From a virus, in IMG/VR virus record IMGVR_UViG_3300024520_000060, positions 5,997-69,996 of that record: a stretch of 64,000 bases of DNA; one strand, given 5' to 3'. The notes beneath the pieces were generated by a model. The model saw only the letters and a program-made list of their open reading frames with translations, was not told the origin of the DNA and made no database searches. Position numbers and translations under genes: made by a program. Of this stretch, positions 28,428 through 36,513 are shown in pieces (within the stretch, counting starts at the first letter, position 1; each line of letters begins with the position of its first letter).

Positions 28428-28822
28428 TGGAGCTACTGACCCCGGAAGGTCAGGCCCATGCCGAGCGGGTCGCAGACCGGGTTCCGCGCCACACCCTCCA
28501 CCGACTGATCGCCCTCCTTCACGATGTGATAGAGGACACAGAGGCGACCCACCTGGACATCGAACGTCTGTATGGGGCAACCGTGGCTGACTCCGTCCGC
28601 GTCCTTACACGAGTCCCTGAGGAGACCTACAGGGAATACATCCTGCGCGTCCTCTACAGCGACGATCCATACGCCCGGGTCATCAAGGTAGCCGACCTAG
28701 AGGACCATCTGGACCAGGCAGCTACCCTGAAGCCGAGCCTGAAGTCCAGGTACATGAACGCTCTAAGTGTCCTGTCTCCAGGGACTTACGCACTTCGCGA
28801 AAAGAAAACGAGGTCAAAGTAG
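28424..28822 (+). CDS. HD-domain phosphohydrolase, RelA/SpoT hydrolase (Mesh1/SAH)-like
   Basis: H...V..., ALLHDVIEDT, V..LTR...Y..Y, IKVADLEDH motifs. Confidence 0.8.
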   Translation: MMELLTPEGQAHAERVADRVPRHTLHRLIALLHDVIEDTEATHLDIERLYGATVADSVRVLTRVPEETYREYILRVLYSDDPYARVIKVADLEDHLDQAATLKPSLKSRYMNALSVLSPGTYALREKKTRSK

Positions 28823-28854
28823 CCCCGGGTCTGAACTCGGGGTAGAGTACACCC

Positions 28855-29328
28855 ATGAAGAAACTCACGAAACAAGAAATGAACGTCCTGATCTCCGCCC
28901 ACGAAGCCACGGAGGACAACGGAGGCGACTTCGGGTTCAAGGACGAGATCATGCTTCCCGGTGACGGTACGGATCAGCTCACGATGATGGGGATCCTCCT
29001 GCGACTGGAGGAGCTGGGCCTGATTGAGAACGAGCGCTGCCGGATCAACGACTCGGGGGCCTGGGTCAACCAGTTCGAGCTGACGGCGGACGGCCTCTAC
29101 CAGCTGAACCCCGAGCCGTCTGAGCAGGACCACCTGGACGCGGCGGCTCGGGAGAGGAAGGCCCCCGAGACGGACGGCCAAACGGCCTCACGGATCGCTC
29201 TGGCTCTTGCCGGGTTCCAGGCTGAGTTGGCCGTCCAGGCGACCAGCAACAAGCCGATGGCCATGGTCCGCGAGATCCTGGCCGTCGCCGAGTCGGCCCT
29301 CCAGGACCGCGCACGCAACGTCGTCTGA
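28855..29328 (+). CDS. winged-helix-like early protein (module 13)
   Basis: KLTKQEMNVL...GILLRLEELGLI...FELTADG pattern. Confidence 0.65.
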   Translation: MKKLTKQEMNVLISAHEATEDNGGDFGFKDEIMLPGDGTDQLTMMGILLRLEELGLIENERCRINDSGAWVNQFELTADGLYQLNPEPSEQDHLDAAARERKAPETDGQTASRIALALAGFQAELAVQATSNKPMAMVREILAVAESALQDRARNVV

Positions 29329-29405
29329 GCACTGGACTTACGACCGCCCGAAAAGAAAACCCGATCAAAGTAGCCTGACCACCAAACACGAGGTACAGTG
29401 AAGCC

Positions 29406-29747
29406 ATGAAGAACAACGTCATCTACAGCGTCCATATCCCGAACACCCCGACCGTCACGACCGAATACGGTAGCCTCCTGACCAAGCAGAACGTCCGGGC
29501 CTTCGATGGCCTGATCAGGGTCGTGGAGGACGGAGACAACTACTTCGGGACCGGGGCAGCCTTCCGCGACTACGTCCTGGAGAACCCTACCTGGGGCTCC
29601 ATGAAGGCCGCAGCGGGTCGCATGATCGCCACGACGGGTGATCAGCACCATCAGTTCCTGGAGGGGGCCCACCTCACCGGGGAGACCGAGCTCCGGAAGA
29701 AGGACGGTCGGGTCATCCGCATCGTCCGGCTCATGATGGGCTCCTGA
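29406..29747 (+). CDS. hypothetical early protein (module 14)
   Basis: 113 aa; TGDQHHQFLEG motif. Confidence 0.75.
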   Translation: MKNNVIYSVHIPNTPTVTTEYGSLLTKQNVRAFDGLIRVVEDGDNYFGTGAAFRDYVLENPTWGSMKAAAGRMIATTGDQHHQFLEGAHLTGETELRKKDGRVIRIVRLMMGS

Positions 29748-29806
29748 CCCTGAAAAGAAAACGAGGAAAAAGTAGCCCCGGGCCCCGGCCCGGGGTACTC
29801 TTACCC

Positions 29807-30064
29807 ATGAAGAACGACAACGAAGCGCGCCCCCTGACCGACGACGAAGCCGAGCTCATCCTGGGCGAGTGGCCGACGGCCCAAGTAGACGAGGCAGTGA
29901 CCTGGGCAGGACCCGAGGTACAGCTGGATCTCCACGACCACAAGGGACCCCTGAGCTGCGCCACCGCCACCCGAGCCGTGGAGGTGGAGGTCGGCCTCCG
30001 GTGCCTTCACATCTTCCTGGACGAGGCCCGTCTGGACCCGATCGTCGCGGTCTACGAAGTCTGA
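29807..30064 (+). CDS. hypothetical early protein (module 15)
   Basis: 85 aa, MKND start. Confidence 0.75.
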   Translation: MKNDNEARPLTDDEAELILGEWPTAQVDEAVTWAGPEVQLDLHDHKGPLSCATATRAVEVEVGLRCLHIFLDEARLDPIVAVYEV

Positions 30065-30387
30065 TGCGGGCCCTCTACCCGGTCCTTGGAGGGGCCCTCG
30101 TGCTCGCCTTGGCGACCCCTGAGCACCCTTCCTTCAGGCCGAGGCACATGGCTCTGCCACAGATCGCTCAGGAGCCTCCGCTCCCGGATTGGGCTACGGG
30201 CCCGTCCTGGCAGGAACGTGAGGCACAGGCCCTGTCAGCGAGCCCCGCTGGGGTGGACATCCCGTGGCCTCGTACCGTCGTGGGGTGGGACGGCCCTGAC
30301 CTGATCCTGGAGGACGCGACCGGGGCCCGATGGCGGGCCACGTTCAGCGACTACCCTCACCAGCCGCAAACTCTTACACCCGAGTGA
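30064..30387 (+). CDS. hypothetical protein with hydrophobic N-terminus
   Basis: Likely start MRALYPVLGGALVLALA at the TGATG overlap. Confidence 0.6.
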   Translation: MRALYPVLGGALVLALATPEHPSFRPRHMALPQIAQEPPLPDWATGPSWQEREAQALSASPAGVDIPWPRTVVGWDGPDLILEDATGARWRATFSDYPHQPQTLTPE

Positions 30388-30456
30388 CTTACGACGCCAC
30401 CAAAAGAAAACGATCAAAGAGTAGCCCCGGGTCAGATCGTGGGGTACACTGTAGCC

Positions 30457-30693
30457 ATGAAGAACGCAATCGAACGCATCCAGGAAGCTCTGGAAGACAT
30501 GATCGAAGAGGCCACCGACGGCCTGAACCACCTGATCGCCTGCCAGGAGCAGGCTGAGGACCAGCTGAAGTCCGACGGCAACGCCGACCCGGACTGGACG
30601 GAGGTGGACGACGTCGCCCACGAGCTCGTGGATCTGGAGCACCAGGTGAGCCGGATCCGCCACTGCCTTGCTACCGTCACACGGGACATCTAA
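30457..30693 (+). CDS. acidic helical early protein (module 16)
   Basis: Start MKNAIER at 30457 set by the module. Confidence 0.75.
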   Translation: MKNAIERIQEALEDMIEEATDGLNHLIACQEQAEDQLKSDGNADPDWTEVDDVAHELVDLEHQVSRIRHCLATVTRDI

Positions 30694-30746
30694 AAGAAAA
30701 CGAGGACAAAGTAGCCCCGGGTCAGATCCCGGGGTACAGTGAAACC

Positions 30747-30959
30747 ATGAAGAACCAAGAAGAGCTTGAGACCATCCCCGTCTACATCCTCTATGTGGAG
30801 ATGAACCAAACCGAGGAGTACGAGGTGACCTTCAAGGTCACGCTCTCAGAGGACGCCCCTGTCACCGACTTCGTTGACGAAGCCTGTGAGATGCTGGACA
30901 CACACATCGCCAAGCACCATCCCACCTGGAGAGACTGGGAGATCCTGGACATCGCCTGA
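30747..30959 (+). CDS. acidic early protein (module 17)
   Basis: 70 aa, MKNQ start; followed by a terminator-like hairpin. Confidence 0.75.
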   Translation: MKNQEELETIPVYILYVEMNQTEEYEVTFKVTLSEDAPVTDFVDEACEMLDTHIAKHHPTWRDWEILDIA

Positions 30960-30969
30960 TCACCAACCT

Positions 30970-31001
30970 GGCCCGGGCCCCTCAGGGGGTCCGGGCCTCT
31001 T
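30970..31001 (+). terminator. intrinsic terminator-like hairpin
   Basis: GGCCCGGGCCCC-TCAG-GGGGTCCGGGCC followed by TCTT. Confidence 0.6.
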
Positions 31002-31168
31002 CGTGTCCGTCGTGTACTCGCTCGCTCACAGCTCGCACCTGGACTTTGGATTCTGGATAGGCCCTAGGGCCCGCGTCCAAACAGGACGTCACCTGGTCCT
31101 GCTCACAGCCCCGAAAAGAAAGCGAGGAAAGAGTAGCCCCGGGTCAGATCGTAGGGTAGAGTGAGGCA

Positions 31169-31453
31169 ATGAAGAAATCAGCCATAGTCAAACAGATCGT
31201 CAAAGAGGCTTGGGAAGGCGAGACCAACTTCCGGCCCTACGACACCCACGACCTGCTCGCTGCTCGGAAGTTCGTCTACAACCGACCTCTGGTTGGAAAG
31301 AGCTTGAAGACGGCACTCCATGCCGAGGACGCTCTCCTCTGTGAGATCCTGGAGATGCGCAACGACATCCATCCCGTCACTCAGCGGCAGCTCATCGAGC
31401 GGCACGAGTACATTCGCCGGCAGCTCCGCGACAAACAGAAACGATCAAAATGA
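31169..31453 (+). CDS. hypothetical early protein (module 18)
   Basis: 94 aa, MKKS start. Confidence 0.75.
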   Translation: MKKSAIVKQIVKEAWEGETNFRPYDTHDLLAARKFVYNRPLVGKSLKTALHAEDALLCEILEMRNDIHPVTQRQLIERHEYIRRQLRDKQKRSK

Positions 31454-31668
31454 ACGTCTACATCGTCAAGGAGCTGATCGCGTGGGAGAGCGAGAGCATC
31501 GTCAGTGCCCATCTAGATCCAGCGGCAGCGGTGAAGGCCATGGCGGAGTACGCCGAGGCATCGGCCGAGCCCATGCTGGAGACGGGCATCCGGCCTGGTG
31601 ATCAGTTCACCCGATGGATGGACACGGTCGAGTGTACCCTCCTCATCCAGACGGTGCCTCTGACCTAG
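31450..31668 (+). CDS. hypothetical protein, last gene of the plus-strand arm
   Basis: ATGA overlap; its TAG shares the CTAG at 31665-31668 with the convergent gene. Confidence 0.7.
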   Translation: MNVYIVKELIAWESESIVSAHLDPAAAVKAMAEYAEASAEPMLETGIRPGDQFTRWMDTVECTLLIQTVPLT

Positions 31669-31910
31669 GCTGGCCCGCTCGGGCCCATCCAGCCATCCTG
31701 GGTCCACTCACCGGCAGCCTCGTCTGACGTATCCATGACCAGGCCTCCGACCTCGGTCGGGTCGAACATCAGCATCGGGATGGAGACGCCCGCCAGCTGG
31801 TACCCACACTCAGCGAAGAGCTGGAGAGCGATCTCTTCAGCAGCTTCCCTGGTGGGTCCAGTGGCGATCACGATCTTCGACCCATACCGGGCTATGAGTC
31901 CGACAACCAT
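31665..31910 (-). CDS. hypothetical protein
   Basis: Coupled to the ssb stop. Confidence 0.6.
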   Translation of the reverse strand: MVVGLIARYGSKIVIATGPTREAAEEIALQLFAECGYQLAGVSIPMLMFDPTEVGGLVMDTSDEAAGEWTQDGWMGPSGPA

Positions 31911-32293
31911 CAGAAAGGGGTGTCGTCGTCGGTAGATCCACCGGCAGCGACAGCCTTCTTCTCGCCGACGAACTCCCAGTCCTGGGCATGGACCACGAGC
32001 TTGCTTCGCTTGTCCCCTGTCGTCTTGTCAGACCAGGTCTCGTACTTCAGGCTGGCACGAGGGAAGAGAGCGGCACTGCCCTTGCCATGGAACTTGGCGA
32101 AGGCCTCGGCACGCTTGCCGAAGAGCTTCACATCGACAAAGCAGGGCTCATCGACCCACTCGTCACCTTGCTTCCGGCGACCATTCACCGCCAGCCCGAT
32201 GGAGGTGTAGGCCACCCCTCCTCCCGAGAACCGCAGGTCGACGTCACGGGTCAGATGACCTCCAAGGACGACGACGTTGACGTTGTTGCTCAC
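31910..32293 (-). CDS. ssb: single-stranded DNA-binding protein
   Basis: NVVVLGGHLTRDVDLRF, FVDVKLFGKRAE, ETW.DK.TG.KRSK, acidic DDDTPF tail. Confidence 0.95.
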   Translation of the reverse strand: MSNNVNVVVLGGHLTRDVDLRFSGGGVAYTSIGLAVNGRRKQGDEWVDEPCFVDVKLFGKRAEAFAKFHGKGSAALFPRASLKYETWSDKTTGDKRSKLVVHAQDWEFVGEKKAVAAGGSTDDDTPF

Positions 32294-32559
32294 AGGGTGG
32301 CCAGGTTGAGGAGGACGCCGGAGATGACGCCCACGAGACGAGAGTCAGCGGCAGAAGCGACCATCGTCGTGCTGACGCCAGCCTTGAGGGCGATGGCGTT
32401 GCGAGTGGCGATGAGGGCCTTGTCGAAGCCAGGCTCATTGGAAGCCAGGCTCAGACGAGCACCCTGCGCGATGGTGTACGCGACGAGTTCGTCGCTGGAG
32501 ATTTTGAGTTCGGCCCCGGTCTCTTCGAGAGTGGAGCGGATGAGGTCTTCGGTGTTCAT
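32290..32559 (-). CDS. hypothetical protein
   Basis: 89 aa, overlapping starts and stops on both sides. Confidence 0.6.
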   Translation of the reverse strand: MNTEDLIRSTLEETGAELKISSDELVAYTIAQGARLSLASNEPGFDKALIATRNAIALKAGVSTTMVASAADSRLVGVISGVLLNLATL

Positions 32560-32993
32560 TGGGCGTAGGGGTTGGAGTAGGAGAGGGAGAGACGACGCTC
32601 AGCGACCCGCTGTTCCGCAGTCGGGAGACCGCGAGCTTGGGCCGAGAGGAAGGGTTTCTGGATCTGAAGCATGGCCTGGTTCATCTGGTTCAGCTGCTCG
32701 GTGAGCAGGAGGAATCCATTCGGGCCGATCGTACCCGCGTCCAGCTGGTTCTGGATACCGTCGGCACCGGCAGCGTTGAGAACGGCCCACGGCACCTGCC
32801 GAAGAAGAGCCTTGGACTCAGCCTCAATGGCTGCGTCCATGTCGCTGACGGCCTGCGTGGGAGGCGTGGTGGCCTCCATCACATCAGACCTGACAGCGGG
32901 CCAGGCGTTGACGATGGCCGGCACGAGGGTGGAGTCCTCCGCTCGGGAGGCGAGGCAGCTGCTGAGGAGTAGGACGAGGAGTAGATGCTTCAT
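32556..32993 (-). CDS. putative lipoprotein
   Basis: MKHLLLVLLLSSC lipobox-like start at 32993. Confidence 0.6.
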   Translation of the reverse strand: MKHLLLVLLLSSCLASRAEDSTLVPAIVNAWPAVRSDVMEATTPPTQAVSDMDAAIEAESKALLRQVPWAVLNAAGADGIQNQLDAGTIGPNGFLLLTEQLNQMNQAMLQIQKPFLSAQARGLPTAEQRVAERRLSLSYSNPYAQ

Positions 32994-33265
32994 GAAGTCT
33001 TGGGTCCGATCTTGGAGATTCCGCGAGAGACAGAGTAGGCAGCGACTGCCCACTGGATGAGTTGAAGGCCCTCGTCCCGAAGAACAGGGTCGTGGGAATA
33101 GGAGCCGAGCGCGACCAGGCCCATGCCGGCAGCGAAGGCGATGGCCGTCAGCTTGAACTCAGAGGTGGTGGTGCCCCGACGAGGAGCAGTGGAGGCAGCA
33201 CGCAGTTGGTCGGCGAGTGCCTGGATGGAGACGAGTTCAGGTTGGGTGGTCATGAGAAGATGCAC
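32990..33265 (-). CDS. holin-like two-TM membrane protein
   Basis: TTSEFKLT-TM1...TM2-YSVSRGISK pattern. Confidence 0.55.
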   Translation of the reverse strand: MHLLMTTQPELVSIQALADQLRAASTAPRRGTTTSEFKLTAIAFAAGMGLVALGSYSHDPVLRDEGLQLIQWAVAAYSVSRGISKIGPKTS

Positions 33266-33334
33266 CAGCAGAGGGCGTAGAAAGGGACAACGTAGAGAAT
33301 GGCATACACCATCCCGACGAAGAAGGAAGAGGGT

Positions 33335-33931
33335 TCAGTAGCGGTGGATTGTGTCATTGAACGAGATCAGTCCTAGCTCTTTGGCGAACAGGGTTCCGCC
33401 ATCGTTGTCAACGTCGAACGTCGGGATGTCCAGCTCAATGTACGACCGGCTATCTGCCGAGAAATCGTACCCTTCCCGGGTGATCCTGACTAGAGAACAA
33501 TTGGCTTTCCCATAGGCAGCCACGAGTGACTCTGCCTCTTCCACGAACCCGCTGTCCGTGATGATGTGTGTCCACCTGGCTCTCATGTGCTGCTCATGCT
33601 TCCTGAGCTTCGCCACAAGGAGTTCTCCGAGGAAACCCTGGCCGTGGGTAGGCTTCATCCAGGATTCGCTCACGGCGATGTACGCGTCTCTGGGGGAGAT
33701 ACCGTGAAACTCCTCCAGGGGGTTGTCCTTGACCTGCTCGAAGTAGTCGTGACCGAGCGGATGCCCACCCTGGTCAAAGAGGAGGTAGAGGGCGTGGGTC
33801 CGCTCCTTCAGGATGGCCGACAGCTTGGCCATGTTGGTCAGACCAAGGTCCTTCCGTTGGGCCAGCACCATCCCGGCGAAGTCCTTCCCCGAGCGGGGAG
33901 GGCCGTTCACGAAGATCAGACGATGGTTCAC
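33335..33931 (-). CDS. P-loop kinase, deoxynucleoside monophosphate kinase-like
   Basis: IFVNGPPRSGKD Walker A, PRDAYIAVSE, IITDSGFVEE. Confidence 0.8.
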   Translation of the reverse strand: MNHRLIFVNGPPRSGKDFAGMVLAQRKDLGLTNMAKLSAILKERTHALYLLFDQGGHPLGHDYFEQVKDNPLEEFHGISPRDAYIAVSESWMKPTHGQGFLGELLVAKLRKHEQHMRARWTHIITDSGFVEEAESLVAAYGKANCSLVRITREGYDFSADSRSYIELDIPTFDVDNDGGTLFAKELGLISFNDTIHRY

Positions 33932-33962
33932 AGCGTGTACCCTCTCTCCTTGCCTTCGGCGT

Positions 33963-34454
33963 TCATCTCAGACCTTGCTTGTACTTGTAGAGGACTTCAG
34001 CTGCGTCGGGCTTCTGCCAGCCTTCAGGCTTCAGAGGCTTGGATCGCGGGCCAGCAGCCACCTTCGCCATGTTCGCACGCTGTACATCACGCCAGAACGG
34101 CATGAGGGGTAGGCCCAGCGCGACGAGAGTACCCACCACAACGTAGATGACGTCGACGGCTTCCGAGGCGATCTTGGCCAGGTTGCGACCCATGATGGCC
34201 TCGCAGAGTTCCTCGCACTCCTCACGGATCAGCTCACACCGGAAGACCAGCATGCCATGGTAGGGAGTGTCATTGGGTGTCGTCGGGGCCGGGTGGCCAA
34301 ACTTCAGATGGAAGTCACTGACGTCCTCGTAGATCCCGTGCTCCAGCCCCTCTGCCGCGTCGGCACACTCGTGGAGGAGCTGGGAGTTTGAGATGCGCTG
34401 CGAACTTCGACTCAGTTCGCGGAGAGTCTTGGATAGCTTCATCGGCTGGGTCAT
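33963..34454 (-). CDS. MazG-like nucleotide pyrophosphohydrolase
   Basis: V.DFH.KFG, LIREECEEL, EAVDVIYV..G, V.RANMAK, KPEGW. Confidence 0.85.
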   Translation of the reverse strand: MTQPMKLSKTLRELSRSSQRISNSQLLHECADAAEGLEHGIYEDVSDFHLKFGHPAPTTPNDTPYHGMLVFRCELIREECEELCEAIMGRNLAKIASEAVDVIYVVVGTLVALGLPLMPFWRDVQRANMAKVAAGPRSKPLKPEGWQKPDAAEVLYKYKQGLR

Positions 34455-34900
34455 AGTTCTGCTTTCGTGCTGGGCACGGTACCGACTCCACCACTGGAGC
34501 CGCCACCTGAGTCTGCGACGACGGTGCCAATCTCATCGCCTTCTTTCTTCTCCGGAGCTTCCTTGAGCTTGCGCCACTTGCCTTTGGCGTTCTTCCCCTG
34601 GAGTTCTCCATGCTTGTTGACCCGGTAGGTGCCGCCCGTGGTGGGGTTGCCTTCGGGGTCCGTTCCGTGGGTTGTACCCTCGCCAGCGCTGGAGACACTG
34701 TTGCCTCCGCCGGGAGTACCTCCTACAGTCAGCGAGGTACCTGCCGAGTCGGAGTAGGTCACTAACGCGGTGTTCGTGGTATGGTGGACGGTGGTTGTGA
34801 CGGTCACGATGCCGTGCGACTTGGTCAGGTACTGGGCACCGTTGCCCACGTTGGCTGAGGCGACGGCGGAGAGGAGAACAAGGGCGATCAGAGTTTTCAT
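34451..34900 (-). CDS. exported protein
   Basis: Signal peptide MKTLIALVLLSAVASA. Confidence 0.65.
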   Translation of the reverse strand: MKTLIALVLLSAVASANVGNGAQYLTKSHGIVTVTTTVHHTTNTALVTYSDSAGTSLTVGGTPGGGNSVSSAGEGTTHGTDPEGNPTTGGTYRVNKHGELQGKNAKGKWRKLKEAPEKKEGDEIGTVVADSGGGSSGGVGTVPSTKAEL

Positions 34901-35574
34901 TGGGTGCTTTCGCAAGGGTTGATGTAGGTATCGGACTTCTCCAGCATACGCCATTCCTCCAGTTCCGCTAGTGCCCCTATCAGGGTGGCCAACCGCTCGG
35001 CTTCGAAGCCGATCTCACCATAGACTAGGTTGGTCGTCTTGGAGGCATCGGTAGCCTGGAACGAGCGATCCGTCACCAGATCGATATCCAGAGCGAGGTC
35101 ATGCTCGTCTAGGTCGTTGGCGTACCGCATCCACCAGCGGTGCTCCGCTCGGGCCCTCTGGACGAGCTCGAACGCTCGCTGGACCTCTGGTCGGAGCCAC
35201 TCGTCAGCGAGTACCAACCCGCTGTCACTCAGACACTCCAGAGGTCTGAAGTGCTTGATGAGGTTCGCCTCGGTGACGGCGAAGTCCTCAGATGCTGCTG
35301 CCCCTTCCCAGTCGTAGCGCAGGTCCCAGGAGAACTCGTCCATGGTGGAGGAGTTGTCGAAGGTGTAGAGCACGTACGACTCCAGGTCGCCCTGACCGTT
35401 CCACTTCGCGAAGGCTGCAGTCCGAGCGGTGTGGAGCTCCACCTTCGTGGTCAGAACTTCCTCCGTCATCCGCCAGCTCGCCTTGGGCGTCGCAGCGTTC
35501 CCACTAGTTGCCGTGTACATCAGAAAAGTGAGTGTGAGCCCAAGGGCGGCGACAAGGAGAATGAGGAACTTCAT
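34897..35574 (-). CDS. exported or membrane-anchored protein
   Basis: MKFLILLVAALGLTLTFLMY start with ATGA overlap. Confidence 0.65.
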   Translation of the reverse strand: MKFLILLVAALGLTLTFLMYTATSGNAATPKASWRMTEEVLTTKVELHTARTAAFAKWNGQGDLESYVLYTFDNSSTMDEFSWDLRYDWEGAAASEDFAVTEANLIKHFRPLECLSDSGLVLADEWLRPEVQRAFELVQRARAEHRWWMRYANDLDEHDLALDIDLVTDRSFQATDASKTTNLVYGEIGFEAERLATLIGALAELEEWRMLEKSDTYINPCESTQ

Positions 35575-36023
35575 CGGTTGTTCTCCATGCTCGGGCGACC
35601 GGGAAGGGGTGACATCCAGAGCGGGGCCTTGATGATGTCCTCGCAACAGGCAGCCTCGGCAACCGCGAAGGCTGCTTGGTTCTTGATCTTGGCCGTGACG
35701 TAGGTGAGTGTGACAGCCTGGGAGAGGGTCACATAGTTGGCGTTCGAGGCTGCGATGCATGCCTCGTCGCCTTCACAGGCAGCGACAGCCTTCTGGTTGA
35801 TGAAGAGGAGAGACTCCATCGACTCTGCGAGTGTCGTCGCAGCTTCGTTGTTGGCCTTCCGCTTGGCCGTGCTCGCGGTGAGCCAGCACTCCCAGTTCAT
35901 GGTCTGACCATCGGCGCAGGGACCCAGGGGTTCCGGGTCGATCTCCCCCTGCTGCGGAGGCTGCTGCGCGCCGAGTACGAGTGCGGTGAAGGAGAGGGCG
36001 AGAAGGGCGATGTTGAGGTTCAT
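35571..36023 (-). CDS. exported Cys-containing helical protein
   Basis: Signal peptide MNLNIALLALSFTALVLGA; six Cys. Confidence 0.65.
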   Translation of the reverse strand: MNLNIALLALSFTALVLGAQQPPQQGEIDPEPLGPCADGQTMNWECWLTASTAKRKANNEAATTLAESMESLLFINQKAVAACEGDEACIAASNANYVTLSQAVTLTYVTAKIKNQAAFAVAEAACCEDIIKAPLWMSPLPGRPSMENNR

Positions 36024-36046
36024 ATGGTGCTTTCAATGTTGAGTGT

Positions 36047-36084
36047 CATGACTTCATACTACCCCGGGAATGCTTCCGGGGCGG
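36047..36084 (-). promoter_or_regulatory. variant promoter module driving a 9-codon leaderless uORF
   Basis: CCGCCC-CGGAAGCATTCCCGGGG-TAGTAT-GAAGTC-ATG; uORF MTLNIESTI* at 36020-36049 overlaps the ATG at 36023. Confidence 0.55.
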
Positions 36085-36343
36085 GTCGAACTTCTTCGCC
36101 ACGGCAAATGGCTGGCTCACAGGCAGTTACAGCGTCCAGAAGCTTCTGAAGGTAGGAGACATCTCGGCGGAGACCCTCCCGAGCATTCCATGCGTTGGCC
36201 TCTGAGATGCCTCCGGTGCCTCGTAGATCGGCGTACCGTTCTTCGGCTGTCTCCAGGTTCGCCATCGCATACTCGTGCATGTTGGCGAGTGGCTTGCGGA
36301 CCTTGATGTAGACCCGCTCCTCTTGGTTCCTGTACTTGGCCAC
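36059..36343 (-). CDS. hypothetical protein
   Basis: Likely GTG start (AKYRNQEERVYIKV) overlapping the upstream TAG. Confidence 0.55.
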   Translation of the reverse strand: MAKYRNQEERVYIKVRKPLANMHEYAMANLETAEERYADLRGTGGISEANAWNAREGLRRDVSYLQKLLDAVTACEPAICRGEEVRPAPEAFPG

Positions 36344-36513
36344 TACGTCGTCTCCCAGAACTTGATCAGACGTTCCATGACCTCGGGCTCCAGGGTCACA
36401 GTCCTCTCCTGGGGCCAGCCTTTGTCTACCAAAAGGATGATGGCGTAGTCTGTCCGGGTGGCGATGACGCCGTCGCCAAGGTTCTCTGTAGGCATACCGT
36501 TTGTGCCGCTCAT
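36343..36513 (-). CDS. 56-aa hypothetical protein
   Basis: MSGTNGMPTENLGDGVIA...VTLEPEVMERLIKFWETT*; ATGA overlap. Confidence 0.6.
   Translation of the reverse strand: MSGTNGMPTENLGDGVIATRTDYAIILLVDKGWPQERTVTLEPEVMERLIKFWETT

Larger units (their letters stand above)
23057..31180 (+). promoter_or_regulatory. array of 18 conserved start-associated promoter modules (A-tract, TAGCC[C/T]-N17-TAnnnT-N5/6-ATGAAGAA)
   Basis: TAGCC at 23114, 23460, 24094, 24469, 24755, 25206, 25797, 26409, 26868, 27351, 27671, 28144, 28820, 29371, 29773, 30422, 30712, 31134. 17 of 18 have TAnnnT 17 nt after the hexamer; 17 of 18 have ATGAAGAA 5-6 nt later; most have upstream AAAAGAAAA; no SD. Confidence 0.9.

Noticed and set aside
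23057-30392. Integron cassette array (TAAC...GTTA-like dyads at gene ends)
   Set aside because: The dyad is only 27 bp, lacks the attC R/L box structure, each gene has its own promoter, and no tyrosine recombinase is in the window. A different recombinase cannot be excluded.
23057-31180. Repeated module read as a CRISPR array
   Set aside because: Repeats are degenerate, intervals are several hundred bp and contain genes, and no cas genes are present.
33335-33931. Possible 5-hmU DNA kinase
   Set aside because: Motifs fit a dNMP kinase better and it lies about 18 kb from the modification cluster; an HMM search would settle it.
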